A DNA stretch of 64,000 bases from contig DFKH01000083.1 of NCBI GenBank assembly GCA_002373815.1, forward strand, positions 2,376 to 66,375. The letters are read 5' to 3'. Each line of letters begins with the position of its first letter. Position 1 is the stretch's first letter. A program made the position numbers and the translations under genes. Below, in pieces: positions 28,468-37,834 of the stretch. The notes beneath the pieces were generated by a model. The model ran no database searches and was not told where the DNA came from. It saw nothing but the letters and a program-made list of their open reading frames with translations. The stretch is from Alphaproteobacteria bacterium UBA3650. Its GTDB lineage: Bacteria; Pseudomonadota; Alphaproteobacteria; CAAHEQ01; UBA3637.

Positions 28468-29301
28468 TCAAAGTTGGTCCACAAACTGTTTTAAGGACGA
28501 ATGACAACTTTTTCTTAAAAACTCGTCGAAAGTGACACGTCGTTTTTGAAGTTGCCAACGCCGTTCAAATGGAAAATGGGTTTGAATTATTTTTTCTTCA
28601 TCTACCAAAAACCATTCATCTAATACTTTCTTTTGAACGCCTTTTATGGTATCAACATTTTGTTTTCGCTTAAGTTGTCTTTCAATTTGTTGAGCTTCCC
28701 TCAGGCTATGAGCGTAAATGATACGCCCTTGCAATGCCCATGTTGGATCTATAAAACGCCAAACACCATTTATTTTGACAGCGGTCCACATATGAGCTTC
28801 AGATGTTTCAAAATCTTGTTGCGAATCGCAAGCATAACCTTGAATGATTTCCACCTCTAAACCAGCTAATTGACACATATGTTGGTATAATTTTGCAATA
28901 TCCTTGCATATCCCTTTTCTAGTTTTTAAGGTTTTTTGCAATGTGTTTTCATCATGTAATTCCTTAAGGTTTCCTCGTTTTAGGACAAGTTGTCCTGTAC
29001 GTGGATTTGTTTCAACCTCTAAGGAAATTTCAATATCAGCCGCTTCTTTTCCATCCGCAATCCGCTTTAATCTTTCTTTGTCATAATTGATATTATAAAC
29101 CAACCATGCCAACAAAACACGTGCTTTTTCTTCGTCTGTTTGATAGGGCTTAGTCAAATACTTCACTAATTTAGGCAAGCCATTATCTGTACGCAATGGC
29201 GGAGCATTTTTTGCATATGTATCGACAGCAGCATAATTCGGCTTTGCAAAGCTTGATACCCCCATCAATACTAAACATAAAAATATTAAAACATTCTTCA
29301 T
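28468..29301 (-). CDS. secreted transglutaminase-like cysteine-peptidase superfamily protein (paralog 2)
   Basis: Signal peptide MKNVLIFLCLVLMGVSSFA. GICKDIAKLY...EAHMWTAVKI...FIDPTW. Colinear similarity to paralog 1 at both N and C termini. Confidence 0.65.
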   Translation of the reverse strand: MKNVLIFLCLVLMGVSSFAKPNYAAVDTYAKNAPPLRTDNGLPKLVKYLTKPYQTDEEKARVLLAWLVYNINYDKERLKRIADGKEAADIEISLEVETNPRTGQLVLKRGNLKELHDENTLQKTLKTRKGICKDIAKLYQHMCQLAGLEVEIIQGYACDSQQDFETSEAHMWTAVKINGVWRFIDPTWALQGRIIYAHSLREAQQIERQLKRKQNVDTIKGVQKKVLDEWFLVDEEKIIQTHFPFERRWQLQKRRVTFDEFLRKSCHSSLKQFVDQL

Positions 29302-29523
29302 ATGATGTGTATATATCAAAATTAAACACAAAACTCAAGTTTTCTTTCCATTTTAAAAATACCTTGCTATTTATTTTTTTTCTACCTATAATGACCTTGT
29401 CTTTGACAAAAGACGACCTATAGGTTTTTGATAAAAGTTCTCTTTTATTAATAGGCCTTGATGGCGGTACTGTCGAATTTAACAGCCGATGATAAGGCAA
29501 ATTAATAAAGGAGTATAGACAAT

Positions 29524-29727
29524 ATGTTGTCAGGAAAAGTTAAATGGTTTAATTACAAAAAAGGTTATGGATTCATTACACCAGATGAAGGTGAAAAGGA
29601 TGTGTTTGTACATATCACAGCTGTCCATGAAGCTGGATTGCGTGGTTTGGACGAAGGGCAAGCTATTTCTTATGAATTGAAAGAAGAAAACGGCAAAACC
29701 TGTGCCACAAATTTGACCTTAAAATAA
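29524..29727 (+). CDS. cspA: cold-shock protein (CspA family)
   Basis: GKVKWFNYKKGYGFI...VFVHITAV RNP motifs. 67 aa. Confidence 0.9.
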   Translation: MLSGKVKWFNYKKGYGFITPDEGEKDVFVHITAVHEAGLRGLDEGQAISYELKEENGKTCATNLTLK

Positions 29728-29748
29728 GGACCAAACTTTTAAAAGTTA

Positions 29749-29781
29749 CCCCGCCTATTTTCAGACGGGGTTTCTTTTTTT
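29749..29781. terminator. bidirectional rho-independent terminator
   Basis: CCCCGCC-tattttca-GACGGGG stem followed by TTTCTTTTTTT on the plus strand. Its other face lies downstream of the small minus-strand ORF. Confidence 0.6.
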
Positions 29782-29857
29782 ATTTTTTACTATCTTTTGG
29801 TTTGGACGGCTTCTTTGTACCACAACCGCAACCGCATCCATCTAAATTCATACGCAT
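29780..29857 (-). CDS. small ORF: 25-aa peptide MRMNLDGCGCGCGTKKPSKPKDSKK
   Basis: ATG preceded by AAAGGAG with 6-nt spacing. Ends at the bidirectional terminator. Too short to appear in the ORF track. Confidence 0.3.
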   Translation of the reverse strand: MRMNLDGCGCGCGTKKPSKPKDSKK

Positions 29858-29950
29858 TTTTACTCCTTTCAGACACCTTTTGTGTCCTTTTTCATATAAA
29901 AACAGATAAAACTCTTGTCAATCTAGACTTTTTTTGATATCTTAAAGTTT

Positions 29951-30328
29951 ATGAAGCAAGCGTTGATATTTTCTTTTTTGATTTTAAGTGGGTGCGTTTA
30001 TCGTAATCCATTAGATAAAGCTGATTTTCGCTTTCAAACACTCAATACGCCTCCTTATGTCTTATCAAGTTGGTATCGTATAGATCAAAAAGGCAAACCG
30101 CTGACCATCTATGTTGAAAAAGAGCAAATAGATATGGAACAGCGTACTGCTGCCACAAAGGATACATCTCTCAACGTGGCCTATTTGGGACGTCCTTGTC
30201 AATATTTTCAAACGGATATTTGTAGTGAAAAACAGGATTCTTTAAAGCGCCAAAAGGCCATCCAAAAAGGAATTACGCAGTTACAAAAAAAGGCTGCGAC
30301 AGATACTGTTATTGTGAAAGGATTTTAA
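29951..30328 (+). CDS. putative lipoprotein
   Basis: MKQALIFSFLILSGC lipobox. TTGTCA-17-TATCTT promoter-like sequence upstream. Confidence 0.5.
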   Translation: MKQALIFSFLILSGCVYRNPLDKADFRFQTLNTPPYVLSSWYRIDQKGKPLTIYVEKEQIDMEQRTAATKDTSLNVAYLGRPCQYFQTDICSEKQDSLKRQKAIQKGITQLQKKAATDTVIVKGF

Positions 30329-31276
30329 ATGAAGGTATGGGTTTTGGCAGATGATCGTGCTGGTAACGTAAATCAATTATTGGGTATTGCAGAGGCTTTA
30401 AAAGTTCCCTATGAACGCAAAGAGATTCGTTATAATAGGTGGATTCACTTACCTAACTGGCTACGAGGCCGCACTTTTATCGGATTGGACTCCAAGTATA
30501 AAAAAGATTTATTACACGATTTTCCAGATGTTATTTTAAGTGCAGGACGACGTAGTTTCCCCATTGCAAGAGCAATCAAACGTCTGAGTAAAGGAAAATC
30601 AAAAATTGTGCAATTAATGAATCCTTTAAACGGCGCCTATGGTGCAGATTTAATTGTTTTACCTTTACATGATAACTATCAAGGAAAAGCCCAAAATGTT
30701 ATGCAAGTATTGGGGACACCTCATCGTGTCACAGCTCAAAAATTGGCTGATGAAAAAGCGCATTGGAAAAACATTATGAAACAGTATCCTCCCAAGCGTT
30801 TAAGCTTGATTGTTGGTGGAGCTACTAAAAACAACCCTTTCACCATCGACATGGCCGATGCTTTGGTGCAAGCAGCGAAAGATTTGAAACCTGCTTCCGT
30901 TTTGGTGACGACCTCTCGTCGCACACCAAAAGAGGTGGTGGAAAGATTACAAAAGCAATTGCCTAAACCATGCTTTTTCTATCGCTTTGGTGATAAAACT
31001 GAGAACCCTTATTTTGGCCTTTTAGCATGGGCGGATAAGATTATTGTGACAGGAGATTCCATGTCTATGTGTACTGAATGTTGCGCAACGGGTGTTCCTG
31101 TTTTTATTTATGCTCCTGATGACATGATGAGTGCAAAACACAAGCGTTTCCATCAAAGTTTATACACAGCTGGCGTTGCTGCCCCTGTGGGGGGAAAAAC
31201 ACCTAAAAAAACGCAATCGATTAATCCTGCAGATGAAATCGCGGCACGCATTAAGAAACTGTTCACTAACAAATAA
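30329..31276 (+). CDS. ELM1/GtrOC1-like DUF1022 glycosyltransferase-fold protein
   Basis: N-terminal VWVLADDRAGNVNQLLGIAEAL is the conserved start of the alphaproteobacterial 'mitochondrial fission ELM1-like' family. Confidence 0.6.
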   Translation: MKVWVLADDRAGNVNQLLGIAEALKVPYERKEIRYNRWIHLPNWLRGRTFIGLDSKYKKDLLHDFPDVILSAGRRSFPIARAIKRLSKGKSKIVQLMNPLNGAYGADLIVLPLHDNYQGKAQNVMQVLGTPHRVTAQKLADEKAHWKNIMKQYPPKRLSLIVGGATKNNPFTIDMADALVQAAKDLKPASVLVTTSRRTPKEVVERLQKQLPKPCFFYRFGDKTENPYFGLLAWADKIIVTGDSMSMCTECCATGVPVFIYAPDDMMSAKHKRFHQSLYTAGVAAPVGGKTPKKTQSINPADEIAARIKKLFTNK

Positions 31277-31319
31277 TTCCTTGATTTTTTCAGGCTTTTC
31301 GGATATAATATTGGGTGTT

Positions 31320-31396
31320 GCGCTTGTAGCTCAGCTGGATAGAGTGTCGCCCTCCGAAGGCGAAGGTCGTGAGTTCGAATCTCGCCAAGCGCGCCA
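31320..31396 (+). tRNA. tRNA-Arg (anticodon CCG)
   Basis: GCGCTTGTAGCTCAGCTGGATAGAGTGTCGCCCTCCGAAGGCGAAGGTCGTGAGTTCGAATCTCGCCAAGCGCGCCA. Acceptor stem GCGCTTG/CAAGCGC. Anticodon loop CTCCGAA. Confidence 0.85.
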
Positions 31397-31473
31397 TTTT
31401 CATCGGATGATTTAAATATTCTCTTGCATTTTTTTATAAAATCTGCTAGAATGGTTTTCATCCATGAGATGAT

Positions 31474-31548
31474 TGGGGTGTCGCCAAGTGGTAAGGCAAC
31501 GGTTTTTGATACCGTCATTCGTTGGTTCGAATCCAGCCACCCCAGCCA
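31474..31548 (+). tRNA. tRNA-Gln (anticodon UUG)
   Basis: TGGGGTGTCGCCAAGTGGTAAGGCAACGGTTTTTGATACCGTCATTCGTTGGTTCGAATCCAGCCACCCCAGCCA. Acceptor TGGGGTG/CACCCCA. Anticodon loop TTTTGAT. Confidence 0.8.
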
Positions 31549-31592
31549 TAAGTTTTTATATGGATTGATTTTTTTACAAACATTGAGGGCAA

Positions 31593-32021
31593 ATGAAACA
31601 AAATAATCATAATCGTCAAAATAGACGTTTTAATAATCGCGGAAATCGTCCGGCTCAGGTTATTTATCGCAACACATGTTTAGATTCTTCTGGTCCAGCA
31701 GGCAAATTGCATGGCACGCCATTGCAATTGAATGAAAAGTATGTTGCATTGTCCAAAGACGCCGCGACAGCAAATGATATGATTTTGGCTGAACAATATC
31801 GTCAATATGCCGACCATTATATGCGCCTTCAAAACATCGCTATTGAAAATGAAAATGCTTTGCGTGCTGTAAAAGAAGCCCAACGCACTGTCGAAGAGAC
31901 AGAAACACCAACAGAAGAGGTATCAGAAAACGTTTCCATGCCAGATAACGCTACCGCTGATTTATCTGTTCCTGTTCAACAAATGAGCGAACAAAGTGAT
32001 TCTAATCTCGTGACAGGATAA
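31593..32021 (+). CDS. DUF4167 domain protein
   Basis: Arg/Asn-rich N-terminus followed by LNEKYVALSKDAATANDMILAEQYRQYADHY, the conserved DUF4167 core. Confidence 0.55.
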   Translation: MKQNNHNRQNRRFNNRGNRPAQVIYRNTCLDSSGPAGKLHGTPLQLNEKYVALSKDAATANDMILAEQYRQYADHYMRLQNIAIENENALRAVKEAQRTVEETETPTEEVSENVSMPDNATADLSVPVQQMSEQSDSNLVTG

Positions 32022-32391
32022 CAACGGCACCCGCCATCTTATCATCAGCCAACGACACTTTTATTTTAACGTCATCACCAAATTTGTGTTTTAATCTGGC
32101 CAACATTTTTGTTGATAACTTTAAATCTGGACACCCTTTGCTATCATGAACAACAGTAATATCTTTAAAACCAACAAACTTGCCAATACCCGTTCCACAC
32201 GCTTTTGCAAACGCCTCTTTGACAGCATATCGTTTTGCCCCAAAATTGACTTGCGCAATCGGAGATAAAGTTTTTACTTCTTTGAATTCTGAAGGCGTTA
32301 AAATCTTTTTATAAAAAGTCACACCACCTTTTTCAATAATGCGCTTAAAATGGGCAATTTCCACCAAATCCAAGCCAACACCGACAATCAT
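32002..32391 (-). CDS. acpS: holo-[acyl-carrier-protein] synthase
   Basis: MIVGVGLDLVEI...AVKEAFAKACGTGIG is a typical AcpS. 129 aa. Confidence 0.8.
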   Translation of the reverse strand: MIVGVGLDLVEIAHFKRIIEKGGVTFYKKILTPSEFKEVKTLSPIAQVNFGAKRYAVKEAFAKACGTGIGKFVGFKDITVVHDSKGCPDLKLSTKMLARLKHKFGDDVKIKVSLADDKMAGAVVILSRD

Positions 32392-34310
32392 TTTTCATCC
32401 TTTTCGTGATAGACAGATAAAACATTATTGCTGGCTCGCAATGCATCTAGTACATCCAACAAGTGATCGCGATTTTTGACACGAATAGTTGCCTTTACCC
32501 GTGTCTTTTTGTGTTCTTGTTCCAAGATGACAACAGATTCAATAAAGGCCTTTTCTTTACCTAAAATTGTCACCACTTGCCCCATACTTTCAGGGCTTGT
32601 CTTCCATGTCATATTCAAAATGACAGCCATATTATTATGCGATTTTGAGGCGGTATTCCATTCCACGCTGTACCACCGATCCGCATCAGCAATATATTTT
32701 TTCAAAGCTGGGCAATTTCGTTTATGGATTATCAATTCGCCATTTTCTTCAATGCCTACAATCGGGTCACCCACTTTAGGATTGCACTCCGTATCCATAC
32801 GGTAATTCATACCAGCCGGCACCCCCAACACAGTTGCTTCAACATTTTTTCTGTTCCACAAACGTTTAAAAAAGGACGTTTTTTCTTCCTTTGGACTTTC
32901 AGCAAAATGTGCCTCCAACAAACTACGTGCATGCGCTGTGGTCACAATTTTTAACCACGATTTATCAGCCACAATTTTTGATGCCAATTTAAACTTAACT
33001 TTATCACCATCATGCAAAACTTGTTTTAATAATGCAGGCTCATCATTGATTTCAACACCCACACATTTCAACGCTACCTTAGACCCTTGATAGCATGCAA
33101 AATCCAATGCCGTTGCGCCTTGAGGTAAAGAATACAACATTCCCTTTTCATCAAAACAGAATAATTTATCCGAATACATATGCAACTTTGCCCGATTTAA
33201 AAACTCGCTTGGTGTTTTAGATTTTGAAATTAAATCCAAAAATTCTTTCATCCATGGCAAGTCACGCCCATCATATTTCGTCCCTTGTTTGTATGACCAA
33301 TGTGCCGCTATACCAAACATGGCTTCATCTTCCATTTCTTCCGTCCGAATTTGGATTTCAAGGGGTACTCCCTTTGGAGCCATTACGCTTGTCTGTAAAG
33401 AACGGTATCCGCTATCTTTTGGCGTAGAAATATAGTCTTTAAACCGTCCTGGAATGGCTTTATACATTCCATGAACGCACCCCAATACACGATAACAATC
33501 CGCCACATTACGGACAATGATTCTGAAGCCCAACACATCAAAAATTGATGACATCATGTTTTGGTGGGTTTGCAATTTACGCCACAAAGAGTATGGCATT
33601 TTAATGCGGCCAATGACACGCCCTTTTATTTTTTCTTTTTTCAACATTGCTTCCAGCTGTTTTATAACTGTCTGGACCGTCGCACGTTGTTTTGTTTGGC
33701 TTCTCTTCAATTTTTCAGTTACGTTTGCATAAGCCGTTGGATTGAGTATTTTAAATGAAATATCTTCCAGTTCATTTTTAATTTTATGTAATCCCAAGCG
33801 TTCCGCCAAAGGTACATAAATATCCATTGTTTCTTGGGCTTTCCGTTTTTTCTTTTCTGCGGAGCATACACCCAAAGTTCGCATATTATGTAATCTATCA
33901 GCTAATTTTATCAAAAGAATACGAATATCTTTACTGGAGGCCAAAATCAATTTCTGGAAATTTTCGGCTTGATCAGAATTGATAGATTGCAGCTGATAAG
34001 TTTCTAATTTTGTTAGCCCCTGTACTAAATCAGCTACTTCTCGACTAAACAGCGCTTTCACAGAATCATAAGAAGCTGGAGTATCCTCCACCGTATCATG
34101 CAACAAAGCTGCAATAATGGATGCACTATCTAGTTTATACTCCAATAAAATTTCGGCCACAGCCAATGGGTGAATTAAATATTTTTCCCCCGTTTCACGT
34201 TGCTGGTCGTGATGCATTTTTTCTGCAAATACACAGGCTCGACGTAATGATGTGATGTCAGCTTTCTTGTCATACTGTTTAACAGCCTTAATAATTTCAT
34301 CCGGCCGCAT
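32388..34310 (-). CDS. spoT: bifunctional (p)ppGpp synthetase/hydrolase
   Basis: HD domain HDTVEDT. RelA/SpoT synthetase region, TGS and ACT-like C-terminus. 640 aa. Confidence 0.9.
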   Translation of the reverse strand: MRPDEIIKAVKQYDKKADITSLRRACVFAEKMHHDQQRETGEKYLIHPLAVAEILLEYKLDSASIIAALLHDTVEDTPASYDSVKALFSREVADLVQGLTKLETYQLQSINSDQAENFQKLILASSKDIRILLIKLADRLHNMRTLGVCSAEKKKRKAQETMDIYVPLAERLGLHKIKNELEDISFKILNPTAYANVTEKLKRSQTKQRATVQTVIKQLEAMLKKEKIKGRVIGRIKMPYSLWRKLQTHQNMMSSIFDVLGFRIIVRNVADCYRVLGCVHGMYKAIPGRFKDYISTPKDSGYRSLQTSVMAPKGVPLEIQIRTEEMEDEAMFGIAAHWSYKQGTKYDGRDLPWMKEFLDLISKSKTPSEFLNRAKLHMYSDKLFCFDEKGMLYSLPQGATALDFACYQGSKVALKCVGVEINDEPALLKQVLHDGDKVKFKLASKIVADKSWLKIVTTAHARSLLEAHFAESPKEEKTSFFKRLWNRKNVEATVLGVPAGMNYRMDTECNPKVGDPIVGIEENGELIIHKRNCPALKKYIADADRWYSVEWNTASKSHNNMAVILNMTWKTSPESMGQVVTILGKEKAFIESVVILEQEHKKTRVKATIRVKNRDHLLDVLDALRASNNVLSVYHEKDEK

Positions 34311-34339
34311 CTTCTCCCCCTTTATTTATTCGGCTTGTT

Positions 34340-34711
34340 CTAAGCTTCTGTCCCTTCTACAACTTGGAAAGATTCAGATTCTACGAATTCGTTATCTGCG
34401 TACAGAGCATCCTCTGTTGTAGCCCCTGCCAATTCGGATTCAACTTCCTTTAATTCTTCTGCATCAGAATCCCCTTCAGAAGCCGTTGCATAACGTTGTA
34501 AGCTTGCCACAACACCTTCACGCAACAACTTTAAATCAACAGCGCCTTGACCAATCTCACGCAATGCAACCACTGGGTTTTTATCACCTTCACGGGGAAC
34601 CATAGGATCCGCCCCCGCTTCCAAAGATTTCGCGCGACCTGAGGCCAACAAAACCAATTCAAAATGATTAGGAACTCTTTGAATACAATCTTCCACTGTT
34701 CTACGTGCCAT
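34340..34711 (-). CDS. rpoZ: DNA-directed RNA polymerase subunit omega
   Basis: MARRTVEDCIQRVPNHFELVLLASGRAKSL is the canonical RpoZ N-terminus, with an acidic C-terminal extension. Confidence 0.85.
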   Translation of the reverse strand: MARRTVEDCIQRVPNHFELVLLASGRAKSLEAGADPMVPREGDKNPVVALREIGQGAVDLKLLREGVVASLQRYATASEGDSDAEELKEVESELAGATTEDALYADNEFVESESFQVVEGTEA

Positions 34712-34863
34712 TTTTTAATCCTTTCTGGGTATAAATTTAAACTTGTGGATAAGTATAACTCATTTTTTATCCAAAATCAAGTTTTTAATAAAAAAACATT
34801 CTTGCACTTTCGTTTTGTTTTAGATATAATATGAAAAACAAGTATAATTTTTAAGGATTTGCT

Positions 34864-36561
34864 ATGACGAAAAAGAAATATTTAATTACCTCTGCTTTAA
34901 CTTATATCAATGGCTTACCACATATTGGACACTTGGCGGGTGCGATGTTGAATGCTGATATTTATGCTCGTTATTTGCGCGCCAAAGGAGAGGATGTTTT
35001 ATTTGTTGGCGGAACTGATGTACATGGCACAAAGATTGAAGTTGCTGCAGAACAAGAAGGCATCAGTATCAAAGATTACATCAAAAAATATCATGATGCC
35101 CACACCAAAATTTATGAAGGTTTTAATTTATCTTTTGATGCCTATGGAAACACCGATTCTGACGCCAATAAAGAATTGACCTATCGCATTTTTGAAGGAT
35201 TACGCAAAAATGATTTTATTTTAGAAAAGACAACTAAACGTCCTTTCTGTCCAGATGACAATCAATTTTTGGCAGATAGTCAAGTGGGGGGAACATGTCC
35301 TTATTGTGGTTATGAAAAGGCCAAAGGTGACCAATGCGAAAATTGTACAAAATTATTGGAACCAGAAGAATTAAAAAATCCTTACAGTACCGTTTCTGGA
35401 AGTCACAACATTGTCTTTCAAGATACTAAAAATCTATTTATTCGATTAGATAAAATGCAGGAACAAATTACTTCATGGGTGGAAAGCAAAAAAGGTATTT
35501 GGACCGATATTGCCTATACAACGGCTCAAAAATGGTTGAAGGAAGGGTTGCAACCTCGTGGCATTACACGTGATTTAAAAAATGGTTTTACAGTTCCTTT
35601 GGATGGTTATGATGAAAAAGTCTTTTATTGTTGGTTTGATGCTCCTATTGGATATATAGGCATTACAAAAGAATGGGCCGATAAAGATCCAGCTAATCGT
35701 CATTGGGAAGATTGGTGGCTCAATCCTGATGCAGTTTGGCATACCGAGTTTATTGGCAAAGACAACATTCCATTTCACTCAATTATTTTCCCTGGCATGT
35801 TGTTTGGCTCCAAAGAACCATGGACACAAGTGTCCTTCTTAAAGGCCACCAGTTGGTTGAATTTTATCGGTGGTAAGATTTCTAAATCTGAGCATCGTGG
35901 TGTCTTTTTGGACGAGGCATTGGAGGAATTTCCTGCGGATTATTGGCGCTATTGGATTCCCGCAAACAGCCCTGAATCTGATGACTCTGTATTCGGTTTT
36001 GATTCTTTTCAAGCTTTGGTCAATAAGGATTTAAATGATGTTTTGGGCAATTTTATCAATCGTGTATTGAAGATGACACACAACAATTTTGGCGATCTTG
36101 TTCCACCGCTTGGTTCCATTACAGACAAGGAAAAGACTTTATTTGCTACGTTGGATGATTTAATTCAAAAATACACAGTCCAAATGGATGCCATTGAATT
36201 TAGGAAGTCGTTAGCATTGTTACGTGAAATTTGGACAACAGGTAATAACTATATTGCACAAACAGAGCCATGGAAAGTTGTCAAAGAAAACAAAGAATAT
36301 GCCGGTACTATTTTAAATATTGCTTTGAATTTGATTCCTTTATTTGCGCAACTTACCTCTCCGATTATGCCCGATACCGCAGAAAAAATGTTGGCCATTT
36401 TCGGCAAGAAGCCACCTTTTGTATGGCCCACAGGAAAGGCACAAGATTTGTTGCAGGCACTTAAATCTGGCGACACGTTTACACCAGCAGAGCCATTATT
36501 TAGAAAGATTACAGATGAAGAAAAAAAACTCTTAAAACAAAAACATCATGAAGGGGTCTAA
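34864..36561 (+). CDS. metG: methionine--tRNA ligase (short form without C-terminal tRNA-binding domain)
   Basis: HIGH motif (PHIGHLAG). KMSKS-like KISKSE. Zinc knuckle CPYCG...CENC. TTGCAC-15-GATATAAT promoter upstream. Confidence 0.95.
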   Translation: MTKKKYLITSALTYINGLPHIGHLAGAMLNADIYARYLRAKGEDVLFVGGTDVHGTKIEVAAEQEGISIKDYIKKYHDAHTKIYEGFNLSFDAYGNTDSDANKELTYRIFEGLRKNDFILEKTTKRPFCPDDNQFLADSQVGGTCPYCGYEKAKGDQCENCTKLLEPEELKNPYSTVSGSHNIVFQDTKNLFIRLDKMQEQITSWVESKKGIWTDIAYTTAQKWLKEGLQPRGITRDLKNGFTVPLDGYDEKVFYCWFDAPIGYIGITKEWADKDPANRHWEDWWLNPDAVWHTEFIGKDNIPFHSIIFPGMLFGSKEPWTQVSFLKATSWLNFIGGKISKSEHRGVFLDEALEEFPADYWRYWIPANSPESDDSVFGFDSFQALVNKDLNDVLGNFINRVLKMTHNNFGDLVPPLGSITDKEKTLFATLDDLIQKYTVQMDAIEFRKSLALLREIWTTGNNYIAQTEPWKVVKENKEYAGTILNIALNLIPLFAQLTSPIMPDTAEKMLAIFGKKPPFVWPTGKAQDLLQALKSGDTFTPAEPLFRKITDEEKKLLKQKHHEGV

Positions 36562-36562
36562 A

Positions 36563-37822
36563 ATGGAAAAATCACATAATGCAGGGAATTTCTTGTTTGT
36601 TATTTTTTGGTGGATTGTCCAACATGTAAATATCAGGTGGGCCCATAAACTTTTGTATTGGGGGTTACGTGATGGTTCGTTCCCCTCTGGTCATATTACT
36701 GATCCAGAGTTAGGGCTTGATATGTTTGGGCGTCACTTTCCCTCCCCCATTGGGCTAGGAGATGGCATTGACAAGCGTGGTAACACTTTGGATCAATTGA
36801 TGCAGATGGGATACAGCTTTGGTACATTTGGTCCTTATACTTTGGAAAAAGAAATGCCACCTCAAGAAAAATATTTTTTCAAAAAGGATCAAGCTATTGT
36901 TGTGCAATGTACGGGCTATCGTAATCCAGGTTTATTAAAAATGTTACCTTGGTTTGTCAAACGTCGCTATCTGCCACATTTTGTTGGGCTTGATGTTGTT
37001 ATTCCTGCCGAAAATGAGGAGAATAATATTAAACAGGGCAGACACTTCGCCTATGTGGATGAATTTGTTTTGATGGCTCAGCGCTCGGCGCCTTATTGTG
37101 ATTTTATTACACTAGATTTTTCCCATCCGAACTCTGAATTATGTGTACTGATGGTTGATGCATCCACGATTTTACCTATTATTCGCGCTGTCAAAGAAAC
37201 TGTTAATCAAGCGGCACCGATTCATCCTCCGAAAGTTTTTGTAAAGATTCCTTTAGATTTAAACATGATGGAGGTTCCATTGGTGGCTCAGACTTTGTTG
37301 TCTAGTGGGGCTGATGGTGTTGTTGTGGCAGGGCCTATGTCTTTGGCTAAAAATACGCGCATTCGTTTGCAAGGCGCAAAAGAACATCAGATGTCTGGAA
37401 TGTTGATTGGAAAGCCGACGCATGAATATGCCAATGAACTTATTCGTCGACTTTATGCCGTTTTGCAAAACAAAATGCCCATTATTGCATCGGGTGGTAT
37501 TTTTGATGGGGCTTCTGCCTTTTCGCATATTACGGCAGGGGCGACTTTTATTGCTTTGGATGAAAGTAGCTTGATTTATGAAGGGCCTGTGGTACTTCAT
37601 AAAATTCACAAAGAACTGTCTGAAATTTTAAGAGAGAAAAATTTTAAATCTATTGTGGATGCAATTGGATCTGATTTACAAAAAGATCAACAAATCTCCT
37701 CCTCTTCACAACCGAATGGACAGGCAGTTTCACAGTCACCGCAACAAGCAAGTGCTCCCGTTATTCAGCAAGGGACACCCGTTGCGGGTACTGGTAATAC
37801 ACCTCCACCACAACAGTTATAA
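36563..37822 (+). CDS. pyrD: dihydroorotate dehydrogenase (quinone), class 2-like, with Pro/Gln-rich C-terminal tail
   Basis: PIGLGDGIDKRGN (cf. GLAAGFDKNGE). HPNSE (cf. SSPNT). IIASGGI FMN-binding end. N-terminal membrane-associated segment. Confidence 0.65.
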   Translation: MEKSHNAGNFLFVIFWWIVQHVNIRWAHKLLYWGLRDGSFPSGHITDPELGLDMFGRHFPSPIGLGDGIDKRGNTLDQLMQMGYSFGTFGPYTLEKEMPPQEKYFFKKDQAIVVQCTGYRNPGLLKMLPWFVKRRYLPHFVGLDVVIPAENEENNIKQGRHFAYVDEFVLMAQRSAPYCDFITLDFSHPNSELCVLMVDASTILPIIRAVKETVNQAAPIHPPKVFVKIPLDLNMMEVPLVAQTLLSSGADGVVVAGPMSLAKNTRIRLQGAKEHQMSGMLIGKPTHEYANELIRRLYAVLQNKMPIIASGGIFDGASAFSHITAGATFIALDESSLIYEGPVVLHKIHKELSEILREKNFKSIVDAIGSDLQKDQQISSSSQPNGQAVSQSPQQASAPVIQQGTPVAGTGNTPPPQQL

Positions 37823-37834
37823 AAGGAGTTTTAA

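Noticed and set aside
27614-28558. 45-codon N-terminal extension of the transglutaminase-like paralog 1 (ORF track start 28558)
   Set aside because: A signal peptide (MMKKLFLLGIVCL...) begins at the internal Met. The extension would bury the signal peptide and overlaps the upstream paralog.
31131-31518. ORF-track ORFs 31131-31415 (+) and 31153-31518 (-)
   Set aside because: They overlap tRNA-Arg and tRNA-Gln genes, and their translations contain tRNA-derived sequence. Spurious.
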